Assembly (NCBI RefSeq): GCF_964194025.1 | Contig: NC_134480.1 | Span: 9,362,001 to 9,426,000 of the forward strand | Direction: 5' to 3' | DNA length: 64,000 nucleotides | Source: Convolutriloba macropyga | Taxonomy: Eukaryota | Notes under the pieces: generated by a model | What the model saw: only the letters and a program-made list of their open reading frames with translations | What the model was told of the DNA's origin: nothing | Databases searched by the model: none | Shown: positions 1 through 12,814 of the stretch, piece by piece | How the letters are laid out: each line of letters begins with the position of its first letter | How positions within the stretch are numbered: the stretch's first letter is position 1 | Program-made: the position numbers and the translations under genes

Positions 1-1288
1 TTTTCGTTATCACGAAGACTAAAAATGCTGGGGGAGTAAGAGTAGATTTTGGAAAATTACTTCCTAACATTTCTTGAAATCTCAGTTTTGCATAGTAACA
101 TTGGTTTTTGTATGAAATAATTCTTTCTTTTCTTTACAAGTATATATCCCCTTCATGTAATACCGTCAATTTTCACTTAATTGCATTGATTTGCTAGAGT
201 TTAGTATATATAGATGTGCAAAAAAGTAACACTGCAAAATTTGCTCTCCTCCCTCAATGCAATATTACCTCTGTACATGATCTTCATTGGCCTACGGCTC
301 TTGTGATAAAATCTTTCTCTCATTTCAACACATCGAGAAATGTTTTTTACAGGGCAGATTAACAGTCTTCTCTGAAGGCAAAGATAGTCATTGTAGATTT
401 CTCCAGGGCCATCTGATACGAGAAAATTAAACCCTTGTGTTTCAACAAATGTCAAGGACGAACTCTATTGATAAATCCTAGTGTAAAATTAGCGCGCTGT
501 TCTTTTCATTATTACGTAGACCACAAGGCTGGAAGAGTGAGAGCTGGATTTGGAATACGATTATGTAGCATTTATATATCAGACTTTAGTTCCACTATTG
601 GAACTTTTTCTGAGATCGACTTGAGATTGATCAAGATTCAGAGAAATTGTCAAAACTTGATTTTTCGATGAATTACACAACTCATTCCCTCCGAGTTATC
701 AATGCTCGGATGTTTATTAGGCTTGTTGGAAAAAAAGTACAAACATTTATCTTTTTTGGGTCATTATTCAGTATTGAATTCCCAGTTTTGTATAGTACTA
801 AAAATTTTTGTAAGAAATGTTTCCTTCTTTGGTTAATTTACAAGTATGTCATTTCCCTTTTACATCCTAACCTCATTTTTCCGCTAATTTTTGCTCTAAT
901 TGGCTAAAGTTTTGTATATATAGACGTAGAGAAATCACACAACAACATTTGCTCTCTTCACTCAATACAACATCACCGCTGTACATAATCTTCACAGCAA
1001 GATTTAACAAGATTCGGAGAAATTATCAAAGCTTGATTTTTCGATGAACTACGCAACTCGTTCCATCTGAGTTATCAATGCTCGGATGTTTATTAGGCTT
1101 GTTGGAAAACTCGTACAAAAATTTATCTTTTTTGGTTCAATATTCAGAATTGAATTCCCAGTTTTGTATAGTATTAATCGTTTTTGTATGAAAGCTTTCC
1201 TTCTTTGGTTAATTTAAAAGTTTGTCATTTCCCTTTTACATACCAATCTCACTTTTCCGCTAAAATTTGCTCTAAATCGCTAATATTT

Positions 1289-1290
<2 letters not shown>

Positions 1291-1374
<84 letters not shown>
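1291..1374. repeat. (TA)n microsatellite
   Basis: Directly visible; one TG interruption. Confidence 0.98.
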
Positions 1375-1664
1375 GACCTACAAAATTAAACAGTAACATT
1401 TGCTCTCTTCCCTCAATACAAAATTACTGCTGTACATATTCTTCAAAGACCTTTGTGTTGAATTCTGCCTGTCATCTCATTACATCGAGAAGTGTATTTC
1501 AGAGTGCAGAATAACAGTCTTCTCTGGAGGAGAAGATAATTTTTTAGATTGCTCCAGGACCATCTGATCAGGAGAACTTTCAATTTTTGGGTTTCCACAA
1601 CTGTTCAAGAAAATACTCTATAAGTATAACCCGTTGTAATATTCTGGAAGAATTCTTTTCAGTT

Positions 1665-2385
1665 TAATTTTGTATTTGAGGCAAGTTGCCAATTTGAGTT
1701 TGCCTTCTCTTGAGGACGCTTCTCTAAAAGATTCATCTTTTCAACTCTGTTTTGAAGTAAAACCGCATCCGCTTTCGAGCAGAGTAACCTTAAGTGTTTT
1801 TTCCAAAGGACGTGTTGTTCTCATGAGCCTAAAACTATCGATATTTATCTTTGTCCACATTTGGCTGAATCCATGAGACAAATTTACTTCAGAGGCGCAG
1901 TTGAGATTCTCAAACACTTCGTTCAATTTTTTCATTCTTCTCATGGAGATCTTGCTTTGCCAGCTTGAAGTTGAACACTGAATGTCTCCCATTCTCCATT
2001 TACGTATCGTTAATGAAAAGCTGTTAAGCACTAAGCTCCTGATTTAATTGCTTGTTGTTTTTTCTAATTCTCTCATTCTATGACTTATTTGAGTTTTTCA
2101 CTCAACGTATTCCAACTTTTGTCAATGTTCCAGGCTATATCTTCATAGGCTGTTGAACAGAATAAGAACACTGGTAATCCTGCAAACACACATTACACAT
2201 AGTACTAGGCTCATTATTTGTCGGGGAATGAAGCTTGGCGAGATGATAATTCAAGCATTGTTTCTTCTTTGCAGAAAAATTAGGACACTTGAGACAAAAA
2301 AATTTCAATTTCCATTGTTGCTACAGTTTTTGTGTCAAGCCATATGATTCATGACACAAACTTTTTGCATCATGTTTATTTCACT
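1665..2385 (-). pseudogene. Decayed C2H2 zinc-finger N-terminal region of a Polinton protein-primed PolB-type ORF, copy 1
   Basis: Manual minus-strand translation across stops and frameshifts: CLKCPNFSAKKKQCLNYHLAKLH..CNVCLQ..ENGRHSVFNF..KLNEVFENLNCASEVNLS..DKYR*F*AHENN. This matches from memory the N-terminal region of invertebrate Polinton pPolB. No polymerase core motifs are present here. Confidence 0.55.
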
Positions 2386-3064
2386 GAGAGATTTCTATCA
2401 AGTGCAGAAATTTTTTTAGTGCACAAAAAGTTAAGTAAAATTCAGGTAAAATGCGGAGCAACTGATTCAGAAAAAAACAGAAAAAAAATTAAAGCTGATT
2501 TTTCTTTTTGATGAACTGGGCAATGAGCCATTACTTGCAAATATGGCAAAGACGTCATTTTTAATTTTACAAACAAGCGTCGTGATCGAGCACTCTGCAA
2601 GACTGGAATTATGCAATCAGATTTCATCATTATTTCACGTAGCTCTTCCTAATTGTTTTCATTTTATATGTTCAGAGCCATCTTCTGGCGTAAAGTTGGA
2701 ACTTTACGTTTTCTTCGGTTTTCCTATCATTAGTTTTTGTTGGACTTTACGTGAAACTTTCCGTTCCAACACAGAGGATTTCAACGAGAAAAATACAACA
2801 ATCTAAAACAATTGAGTTCGGTTTCCGCAAATTTTAAATTTTTCCAAAGTTTTCAGTAGAATTAGTTAACAGTTGTGTATCTCAAATAGAGATAAAAATT
2901 ACTGTCTTATATTCTATTTGAATTCGTTGAAATTAAAAATAAATTAAGAGCAAAAAAACTTGTTTTTATTTAAACTATATATAGACCGAGAAAAAATTTC
3001 CATCTATTTTTCAAGATCAAAACCTATTGTACAACCTAGTGGTGTTGTATAAGAACAAAAATTG

Positions 3065-3065
<1 letters not shown>

Positions 3066-3098
<33 letters not shown>

Positions 3099-3124
3099 TA
3101 TAAATATATATTTATATATATATA
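3066..3124. repeat. Imperfect (TA)n microsatellite
   Basis: Directly visible. Confidence 0.9.
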
Positions 3125-4320
3125 TTCTAATTTTTTTACAATTTTTTGAACTTTTTTTTCAAAAAAACAGAATTGTCCGATTTAGTAAAATTTTTGAATA
3201 TGACAACTTTTCTATCAAAGAACTCAAGTCAGAAGAGCGCAAAACAAACCACTTTTTTTATTTATCGTCAGAGTTATACATCAACACGAACATAATGCTC
3301 TTTGTTTTTAATTTTGTCACAGAATTTATGAAACAGCACAAAAATCTATCTCAGTGCATATCTCAGTGATCCAGTAACATCTCAATTCATTGCTATAATG
3401 TGCGCTGTTTTTCGTTATTACGAAGACTAAAAATGCTGAGGGAGTAAGAGTAGATTTTGGAAAGTTACTTCTTAACATTTTTTTTAACTCCCAGTTTTGG
3501 ATAGTAACCTTGGTTTTTAAACGAAATAATTCTTCCTTTGGTTATTTTACAGTATGTTAATTCCCATTCAAATCAAACCGTCATTTTTCACTTAAATGCA
3601 TTGATTTGCTAGAGTTTCGTATGTATAGATGAAAAAAAGTCACACAGCAAAAATTGCTCGCTTCCCTCAATGCAACATCACCTCTGTACAAAATCTTCAA
3701 CGGCCTACAGCCTTTGTGATAAAATTTTTCTCTCAATTCAATACATCGAAAAATGTATTTTACAGGGCAGAGTAACAGTCTTCTCTGGAAGAAAAGATAG
3801 TTTTTTTAGATTTCTTCAGGACCATGCGTTACGGGAAAAATACATCCTTGTGTTTCAACAAATGTTAAGGACGAACTCTATTAATAAATCCTAGTGCAAT
3901 GTCAGCCCGCTGTTCTTTTCATTATTACGTAGACCACAAAGCTGGGGGAGTGAGAGCAGGATTTGGAATGCGATTATCTAACATTTATATATAAAAGTTT
4001 TAGTTCCACTATTGGAACTTTTTCTGAGATCGACTTGAGATTTAACAAGATTCGGAGAAATCACCAAAACTTGATTTTTCGTTGAATTACACAATTCGTT
4101 CCCTCTGAGCTACCAATGCTCGAATGTTTATAAGGCTTGTTGGAAAAAAAGTGTAAAATTTTGTTTTTTTTCGGGTCACTATTCAGTATTTAATTTTCAA
4201 TTTTTGTGTAGTATTAATTGTTTTTGTATGAAAGTTTTCCCTCTTTGGTTAATTTACAATTTTGTCATTTAACTATTACATAATAACCTTATTTTTCTGC
4301 TAAAATTTGCTCAAATTGGC

Positions 4321-4327
<7 letters not shown>

Positions 4328-4370
<43 letters not shown>
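4328..4370. repeat. (TA)n microsatellite
   Basis: Directly visible; homologous position to the tract at 1291. Confidence 0.97.
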
Positions 4371-4373
<3 letters not shown>

Positions 4374-4659
4374 CTACAAAAGTCACACAGCAACATTTGC
4401 TCTCTTCCCTCAATACAACTTCCCTGATGTACATAATCCTGAACGAACTTTGTGTTGAATTCTCCCTCTCATCTCATCACATCGAGAAGTGTATTTCAGA
4501 GTGCAGAATAACAGTCTTCTCTGGAGGAGAAAATAATCTTTGTAGATTGCTCCCGGTCCATCTGATCAGTAGAACTTCAAACAATTTTTTGGTTTCAATA
4601 ATCGTTCAGGAAAAAACTTTTTAACTATAACCCGTTGTAATGTTCTGGAAGGGAGCACA

Positions 4660-5310
4660 ACTTAATTTTGTATTTGAGGCAAGTCGGCAATTTGAGTTTA
4701 CCTTCTGTTGTGGACGCTTCTCTATGAGATTCATCTTTTCAACTCTGTTTTGAGGTGAAACCGCATACGCTCTCAAGCAGAGTAACTTGAAAATTTTTTT
4801 CCAAAAAACATGTTGTTCTCATGAGCATAAAATTATCGATAATTATCTTTCGGCGAATCCATGAGACACATTCACTTTAGCAGCGCAGTTGAGTTTCTCA
4901 AATACTTCTTTCAGATTCTCTCTTATCTCATGGAGATTGAGCTTGGTCAATTTGAAGTTCAACACTGAATGTTTTTCCATTCTCCATTTACGTATCGTTA
5001 AAGAAAGGCCGGCAAGCACTAAGCTCCTGATGTAATTGCTTGCTGTTTTTTCTTATTCCTCTCATTCTATGGCTTTTATGAGTTTTTCACTCAATGTATC
5101 CCAACTTTTGTCGATTTTCTATGCCATCTCTTCATATGCTGTTGAACAGAATACAAACAGGAGAAATCCTGCAATCACACCTTACATACAGTACTAGGTT
5201 TAATATTATTCGGGGAATGATGCTTGGCGAGATGATAATACAAGGCTTGTTTCTTCTTTGCAAAAAAAGGACATTTGGTAAGAGATAAAGTCCCAAGCAT
5301 CATGTTGAAT
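4660..5310 (-). pseudogene. Decayed Zn-finger/pPolB N-terminal region, copy 2
   Basis: Homologous to 1665-2385; DNYR*FYAHENN at 4812-4846; second finger CKV*LQDFSCLYSVQQH. Confidence 0.55.
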
Positions 5311-8300
5311 TCACTGATAGATTTCTATGAAGCCAGGCCTTGTTTGTTTTAGTGCACAAAAAAATGAGTATTATTCAGGTAAATTGCGGAGCAACTGATT
5401 CTGAAAATAACAGAGAAAAAATGATTAAAGCTGATTTCAATAGAAATGTTTTCAATTGATGTTGTTCACACTTGTGTAAATCAAACACATAATAAAATCT
5501 ACCGTTTAGTTCCATTTTGGTTTTATTGAAATTATAAATTAGCAAATAAATGTGCTTTCATGGCAATTATAGAGAGACCGAGAAAAAATTCCTATATACT
5601 AATGCAGATCAAATCTTTCTATTACAAACTAGTGTTGTTGTATTGAAACCATAATTGATGTTGATTCTTACGTTTTTACATTTCCTTGGACACATTTTCT
5701 CAAACAACAGAATCGTCCAATTTAATAAAATAATAAAATATTGGAATATACAAATTTTCTATTCAAAAATTTATGTATGATGACTACAAACTAAAAACTT
5801 TTTTTATCTCTGAATTACACATTAATACGTACAAAGTGCTTTTCATTTTTTTTGTGTCCCAGAATTTATTGAACGGTACAAAAATTTATTGCAGTGCACT
5901 TTATCCCGTTTCCTGTACCAGTAACAGTTACTTCATAGCTATAAAGTGCGCCGACTGCGGAGACTACAATGCTGAGGGAGTGTGAGTACAATTTGAAAAA
6001 CCACTTCTTAATTTTTAATTACGAAAGTTGAGTTCCAGTTTTGGAACTTTTTCTTAGAGCGACTTGAGATTTAACAAGATGTTTATTTTTGATGAATAAC
6101 GTCAACTTGTCAACTGATTTTTGTATCAAATTTTTTCTTCTTTGGTTGTTTTAAAAGTATTTTATTTCCCATCCATTTAATAACATCATTTTTTGCACTA
6201 AGGTTGCTCAAATTGTCCAGAGTTTAGTATATATAGATTTAAAGAAGTCTTGCAGCATCGTTTGCTCTCTTCCTTCATTGAAACATCACATCTGTACGAA
6301 ATCTTCAACTACCTTTGTGTTGAATTCTTCCTCTCATATCATCACATCAAGAAATGGATTTTAAAATGCAAAATAACAGTTTTCTCTACTCCATATCCTT
6401 AACAGAGAAGACTGCCCATATGAGCATTAGAAATTTGTCAAATGAACTTACTGAGACTGTGTTATAAACCTACTTGTTACAATTTGGCACATTATAGAGC
6501 AACAGTTCGAGACGTAGGCAGGTTCCAAACACCGAGAATCAGCTTGATGTAACGTTTATACTCCATTTTTGTAATATTTTTTTGTGATGTTTTCTACTTT
6601 TCTATTATTCCATTATTTTTAGTTCAGTCATTTTTCTACGCAATATTTGAAATGATAGTTGCTGCGTTAATTTCAATACCTTTCAACATCTAGTTTTAAA
6701 TAAAATGATTTTTTGACAATTATTTGAAAAGCAAATGTCAAAAAATTCGTTGTATGGAAAAAAAATTGTGCAGAATAAAAAAATTTTAACAAAGAAATTG
6801 AGATTCAAAGTTTAATTTTTTGAGTTCTCAAATGAACATTTTTGAAAATTTTTAAAATTTTAGCAATATGTTTTGTGGCTCAAAATTTTATACTTAAAAG
6901 AAATGATTTCAATTTTTTTAACAAAAAAAATTTTTCAAGATTTGATTTTTAAGAAAAAACTTTTTTGTTATAAATTGATGTTTATCTGTACTTCAATCTG
7001 TATTAAAGTAGGTAAAGAGATAATCAATCAAATACTTTATTATTATCTAATTTTATGATGCAAAAGAGGAATATCATATATTACATGACCATCCAACATA
7101 CAATTAACAAACTTTATCAATTAAATTTGCTACTTTGTGGTTTTTTGGAGATTAAAATGTATCTAAAAAAGACGATCCGAGCGTTGGTGTACCCGCATTT
7201 TGGCATTCAGCACGTGGTAGGTGGCTCTTGAAAATCTTTCTGCTCAATAATTCTTTTGGAGACACTGGGTGGTTTCTCCACATACTTATTTTCTATGTGC
7301 TGTAAAGCTCTAGTAAACTGAGTGAAGCCCCGTCCTCACTTTTCTCTAATGGAACAAACAAACTAAAGTTTATACAAGTGATCTACAGTTTGATCATTAT
7401 ATGAGAGGTTTTCTGTTTGCTCTACTATATCTTTCACTGAGGTAGAAACGAGAATAATGTAACGACAAGTCTGTAATGGACAAAAACTATTGCTATGGGT
7501 TGTTTTGAGGATTTGGAGTAGATATTGCTTAATCTCCTAACGTGGTACAGTTAAAGTTATACTTTTTCGAAATATTGCTAGCTTTATTTCTTTAAATGTA
7601 ACAAAGACGTGCGAAACACCAGGATTTTTTGAAACTCTGGTTGCGTAGAATACTTTTTTTGGAAATTTCTGATTTTATTTTTTTTTCACTCTAGTTTTTA
7701 TGGATATACATAACGTCATTACCCTAAAAGGAGGTCTTGTAGTTTTTCAAAGGTACTAGCATGAGAAGTAAATCATTTATGTCGTTTTACACTCTCTGCT
7801 CAAGTTGTAGATATGTCTCTCTCTAAAGTATCTCCTTTTCATTGGAGTGCTCCTTCTAAGTACACTCAATCCTCAGCAAAATCAGAAACCAATTCGGAAA
7901 GATTTACTATGTCCCAATTTTTGGAAAACATCAACTTCAACTAACCTTCCAAGTCTTCAGAAAAGACAATTCTGAGATTATTAGGAACACCAGATACTGC
8001 AAATAGAAGTTTATGAATTTCGACCTTAAAAATTTCGCTTTGATTTCCATGGAAAACCGGACATGAAAAATGCAGCTTCTCATTCGACTAGGATGAGAGA
8101 ATGGAACACGTACGGGAAGTGTTTCACAAAGTGAGAGAGATATTAGTTATGGAATAAAGCACAGATTGTGTGCTACTTTTCTCTAATCTTTTAAAGACAA
8201 TCCAGCTTCAATTCATGTACAAGCTCGACTCTTTTATCGAAGTAGAAGAACAATTTCAAACAAGTGACATTATATCAGCTACACTCTAGATGAATTTGAT

Positions 8301-9249
8301 TTGATTCAAAATCTGAAGAATTTTTCCAAGTTTCAACACGGTATATTTCATTAAATGTTGCGTTGTTTTAAAACGCGTTCTTTTTTTGACATTTAAATGT
8401 TTGTTTTTCATTTTTTTTCAACCAGAAAGGGATTTGGATTTTTGGATCTCTTGGAATTTTTTTTAAACAAAGAAATAATTTATAAGTTTTCCGTGTTAGT
8501 CTCTAATACGAGCAAAAAAAATTTTACAAAGTTTTTGAAGCGTTAAATTTTTCTAAAACTGGAAAAATTGAGAGAAACATCAATTTCTCAGAACTTCTTT
8601 ATCGTTAATTATAATGGAGTAAGAAGTACTATATCAAAATTATAATCAGATAAACAAAAATTGTACTTCTTACAACAAACTTGGAACGGAATGCAAAGGA
8701 GTTTTTTTTGACAAATTATGAGTTAAAAATAAAGGAAAACAAAATAATCCACAGATCTTTCTTCTCGTTGAGACACTTTCAAAAAGACTAGTATCATTTT
8801 AGACACACAAACAAATAATTGATTGACATTGTCAAACATGTTCAATTGTTACAATAGTATTTCTCCAATAATTCTTAACATACAAAAAAAAGACTTTTCG
8901 GCAGCATGTAAAAATTGGATCAAAACATCAGCTTAGAAGAAATTGATCAAAACTTCAGGAGGAATTATTGGATAAGGTAAGTCGTTTCTGGAGTTCTACC
9001 TAGAAAGGTTAAAAATATTTTGTTTACATCCAATCTTACAGGATTCTGCTGAGGCCGAAGCCTTAAAAACAATGTCAAATAAAGTATCCTAATATTATTA
9101 AATGTTAACTCAATTTCCGAACTCAAATTTCTGAGGACACACTACAAATCTAGTCTTTTCAATATATATGAAACTTTGTCATCGAAAAAATTTGCGAATA
9201 CTGGAATGTTGACTGTTTTCAGATAATCAGTCCACAAGAACTAAGACTT

Positions 9250-9650
9250 CTCTTTGTATTAGATATTGAATGCTCAGAGGGAAACATTTAAAGAGTTGGG
9301 GATTTTAAGCGCGGAATTAAACTTGAATACAATTTTCTCCCACCTAAGACAACTAACCAACAACAAACAGAACAAAAAATATATGCCAGGCATAAAACGT
9401 AATAATTGAAATCTGTACTGTTCAGAGTTAGCGTCCTTTATATATCTTATTATCTGGCAAAATCATGTGAAAAGTGTGAAATTGTATCGCCATTGAGCAA
9501 TGACGTGGACATTTTTCACGATCTCATTTACCCGCTGGTTTTCAATCAATTTGAAAACAATGATGTTTTTTGGGTTTGCTGCAACTACTAGTATCGAACG
9601 AAAGACTCTTCATTTCACTTAAGTCAAGGTCTAAGTTTACAGGATATGGG
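9250..9650 (+). pseudogene. Polinton DEDD/DnaQ-like nuclease remnant, copy A
   Basis: LFVLDIECSEG..KELG..FLPP..YLAKSCEKCEI..WVCCNY, with frameshifts and stops. Confidence 0.55.
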
Positions 9651-9879
9651 CTTTGAGTTTATATTTGATAGGGGATAATGTAAGTTTCTCTTCGTGATTG
9701 TAATTTATTGTTTCCATTTTCAATTTTTTTGTCTGAGAACAGAGTTGCAGTAGAAAACGAGTCCGTTAAAAAGTATCTCCAACTACTGTGTACTCATATT
9801 TTGCTGCTCATTCTTACTCATGTGCCTGATTTTGATAATTTTTCTGTTTCCATGCTCTTTTTCACTTATTCCAGAGCTG

Positions 9880-10205
9880 GAATTTTTCCGCCCAAATTTG
9901 ACCAATTTTGCTATATTTATTATACGATATCAATTTCATTACGGATTGATGTCTCGAGTTATATAGAACCTTAAGGTCGTTCAAGGTGATTTTGAGTTCA
10001 TACAGAAATTACCTAACAATGGAACAAAGTGTTTTTTCACTTTGACAACTCTTGTCTCATCAAAGCCTATTAGAAAAGGATATTGAGCTACAGAACACTC
10101 ACATCTCTTCATTCAAATCACACAGAAACATTTTACAAGTAAACACACTCAGTCGAAACGATGAACTGGGACCTCAACTCAAAGACTGGTACACGACAGC
10201 AAGTT
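9880..10205 (+). pseudogene. Packaging ATPase remnant, copy A (N-terminus and Walker A deleted)
   Basis: GIFPPKFDQF..LPNNGTK..FDNS..KDIELQNTHI.SFKS; homologous to the copies at 11420 and 19634. Confidence 0.7.
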
Positions 10206-10394
10206 TCCAATTTTCAACAATGTAATTTTCATTAAATGTTGTTTTGTTTTGTTTCATAATGTGTCCGATATTTGAAATTTGAATGGATTGTTTCATTTTC
10301 TGTTCCTTTGAATCTATTTGAGAACTTCGTCATCGAGATAATTTGCAAAAACTGGAATGTTGACCATTTTCAGTAAATCAGTCCAGAAAAATTA

Positions 10395-10805
10395 ATGGCT
10401 CTTTTTGTATTAGATATTGAACGCTCAGAGCAAAAAATCTAAATGAGTTGGGAACTGTTGAGCACGGAATTTTACTTGAATACAGTTTTCTCCCACCTCA
10501 GACTACTAAGCAACAGCAAAAGAGAACACAAAAAGTATGCCCGGCATAAATAATAATAATTGAAAGCTGTTTTGTTCAGACTTGGCCTCCATTACGCGTC
10601 TTTTTATTTTGCAAAAGGATTTGAAAAAAGATTGAATTGTATTGCCATACTTGTGTAACGATGTGGAAATTTTTCACAATCTCGTTTATATGCAGGTTTT
10701 CAAGCAATTAGTAAACAATTTTGCCTAATGGGTTGGCTGCAACTACCAGTATCAAAAAAGAAGACTCTTCAATTTGCAGAAATCAAGATCTAAGTCTGGA
10801 GGATA
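10395..10805 (+). pseudogene. Polinton DEDD/DnaQ-like nuclease remnant, copy B
   Basis: Starts MALFVLDIERSE at ATG 10395; FAKGFEK motif; homologous to copy A. Confidence 0.55.
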
Positions 10806-11214
10806 TATGCTTTGAATTTATATTTGATAATGTTTTAATGTAAGTGTCTCTTCGGGATTGTAATTTATTGTTTCCATTTTCTATTTTTTTTGTCTGAAAA
10901 AAGAGTTGTATTAGAGAAGGAGTCGGTTAAAAATTATCTACAACTACTGTGTACTGATAGTTTGCAATTTGCTGCTCATTCTTACTCAAGCCCCTGATTT
11001 AGGTAATTTTTCTATTTCCATGCACTTTTTCACTGATTCCAGTGTTGGAAAAAATTTCTTTTGATTTCACTTTTAATTTTTTTAGTCTTTGGCACTTTTT
11101 GTTGATTGCGTTGCAATTCAGTTGCATAATTTCTTTATAATTTCTTTATCCATCGAGAAGACTATAAACTATAAATGAACGATCAGACTGATAACTGACT
11201 TAATTTCCGTAATT

Positions 11215-11423
11215 TTGTTTCTGATGACATTAATCATGGAAAAGTATTGGACAGACGAGCAAGCGATCTTTAGAAGTTTTTTATCCCAGTTTTGTGTCAT
11301 TCTGTGGATTATAGTATGTTATTTTGTAAAAATGACATCAGCTGGTACTTCTGAAGAGAAAACAGTTTGGATTGCATTTTTGTTGAGTGCAGCTGGACAT
11401 TTTTTGCCTTCACCAAAAAATGA
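11215..11423 (+). pseudogene. Small two-TM Polinton protein upstream of the ATPase, copy B
   Basis: SQFCVILWIIVCYFVKMTSAGTSEEKTVWIAFLLSAAGHFLPSPK; homologous to ORFs 19434 and 62133. Confidence 0.65.
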
Positions 11424-11870
11424 ACAAATAATTTCCAAAAAAAGAGTTCTTTCTCAGGCTTGGACCAAGGGGGTCTTGGAAATCTCATCTCATCCATGAT
11501 TTGGTAGTTTTTCGGATTTTTCCAACCAAATTTGACCAATTTTACTGTTTATATCATACAATATCAATTTGTTTACGGATTGATGTCTCGAATTATATAG
11601 AACCTTGAGCTCGTTCAGGGTAATTTTGAGTTCATACGGAAACTACCTAACAATGGAACAAAGTGTTTATTCACATTTGACAACTCTTTCGAAGCAAGAT
11701 CCTGTAAAAACAGATATTGTCGAAAGATATAGATAAAGTACAGTATCTTTCATCAAAGACTATTAGAAAGAGATATTGACATCTTTTTATTCAAATCACC
11801 TCAATAAACACACTCAGTCGAAAGAATGAACTGGGACCTCACCTCGAAGACTGGTTCATGACAGCAAGTT
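11420..11870 (+). pseudogene. A32/FtsK-like packaging ATPase remnant, copy B
   Basis: ATG 11420; degenerate Walker A (GPRGSWKS); FQPNLT/PKFD; Walker B-like LFTFDNS. Confidence 0.75.
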
Positions 11871-12388
11871 TTCGATTTTCCACAATGTAAATTTCATTAA
11901 AAGTTGCTTTGTTTTATAATGTGTTCGACTTTTGAAATATAAGTGGTTTGTTTCATTTTTTTTCAACCCGAAATTGAGTTGGATTTTTGGTTCTTCTGAA
12001 AATGAAATAAGCCAAGGTATTCCATGTCAGACTCTACATCGAACTAAATAATATTTTTACAGAGTTCTTGAAGCTTTAATTTTATCAAAAATTGAAGGTT
12101 TGAGGATAAGATCAATTTCTCAGAACTTCAGTGGGTTATTCATAACGGACTACGAAGCACTACTTCAAAGCTTCAATCAGATAATCAAAAAATTTCCTTA
12201 GAACGGAATTCGAAGGAGTTTTTGACAAACTTTGAACTAAAATTGAAGGAACACAAAATAATCTACAGATCTTCCTTCTTGTTGAGACATTTTCAAAAAG
12301 ACTAGTATCATTTTAGACAGACAAACAAATAGTTGAGGGACATTCTCAAACATGTTCAATTGTTACAGTAGTTTTTCGCCAATAATTC

Positions 12389-12814
12389 TGTGAAATCCCT
12401 GACTGTAGAGATACAATTCGTGTCTCAAATCCACTTAAAATTAGATGAATGGATTCGGGATTCGAATCCAAGTTTTACTGAGTTGTTGCATTACCACTTT
12501 TAGATTTACTTAGCAATCGTGCTGCGATTGCAGAGAAAATTAGTGAGAGTGGAATTCCTCCTCAAATCCGATAGGATCTCGATTAGTGCAAAACAGATCA
12601 GATTGAATGCAACTGAATAAGATTCAGTAATAAGATTCAAGAGAATGAATAAACAATCAAAAGTGGGGGACGTGAACAATCTGAAATATTGACTTTTTAG
12701 TCGGCGGTAAATTACTTGTAGGTGAACTATGACTTATAGCCTGACAAGGGCAAACATAAAATAATTTAGTACAAATTAATAAACATGAACTTAATATGGT
12801 ACAACCGTACCACA
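12389..12814 (-). repeat. 3' LTR (426 bp)
   Basis: tgtgaaatccctgactg...ccgtaccaca; about 13 substitutions plus one 5-bp indel relative to the other LTR (hand count). Confidence 0.96.

Larger units (their letters stand above)
1..6390. repeat. Tandem array of a decayed ~2.5-3.4 kb unit (probably Polinton-derived); copies start at ~1, ~3408 and ~5955 (third truncated)
   Basis: gaagactaaaaatgctg(g/a)gggagtaagagtagattttggaaa recurs at 14 and 3422, and diverged at ~5960. The downstream modules are colinear. An internal sub-duplication exists (625-910 vs 1000-1290). Confidence 0.85.

Noticed and set aside
1184-1375. YIYIYI-repeat proteins (also 4307-4624)
   Set aside because: Translation of (TA)n microsatellites.
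6390-6555. L1/Tx1-type ORF1 fragment (MSIRNLSNELTETVL*TYLLQFG)
   Set aside because: Suggestive, but too short and degraded to support.
12451-12470. tRNA gene or B-box (ggattcgaatcc)
   Set aside because: Only a small hairpin inside the LTR, altered in the other LTR; no cloverleaf.
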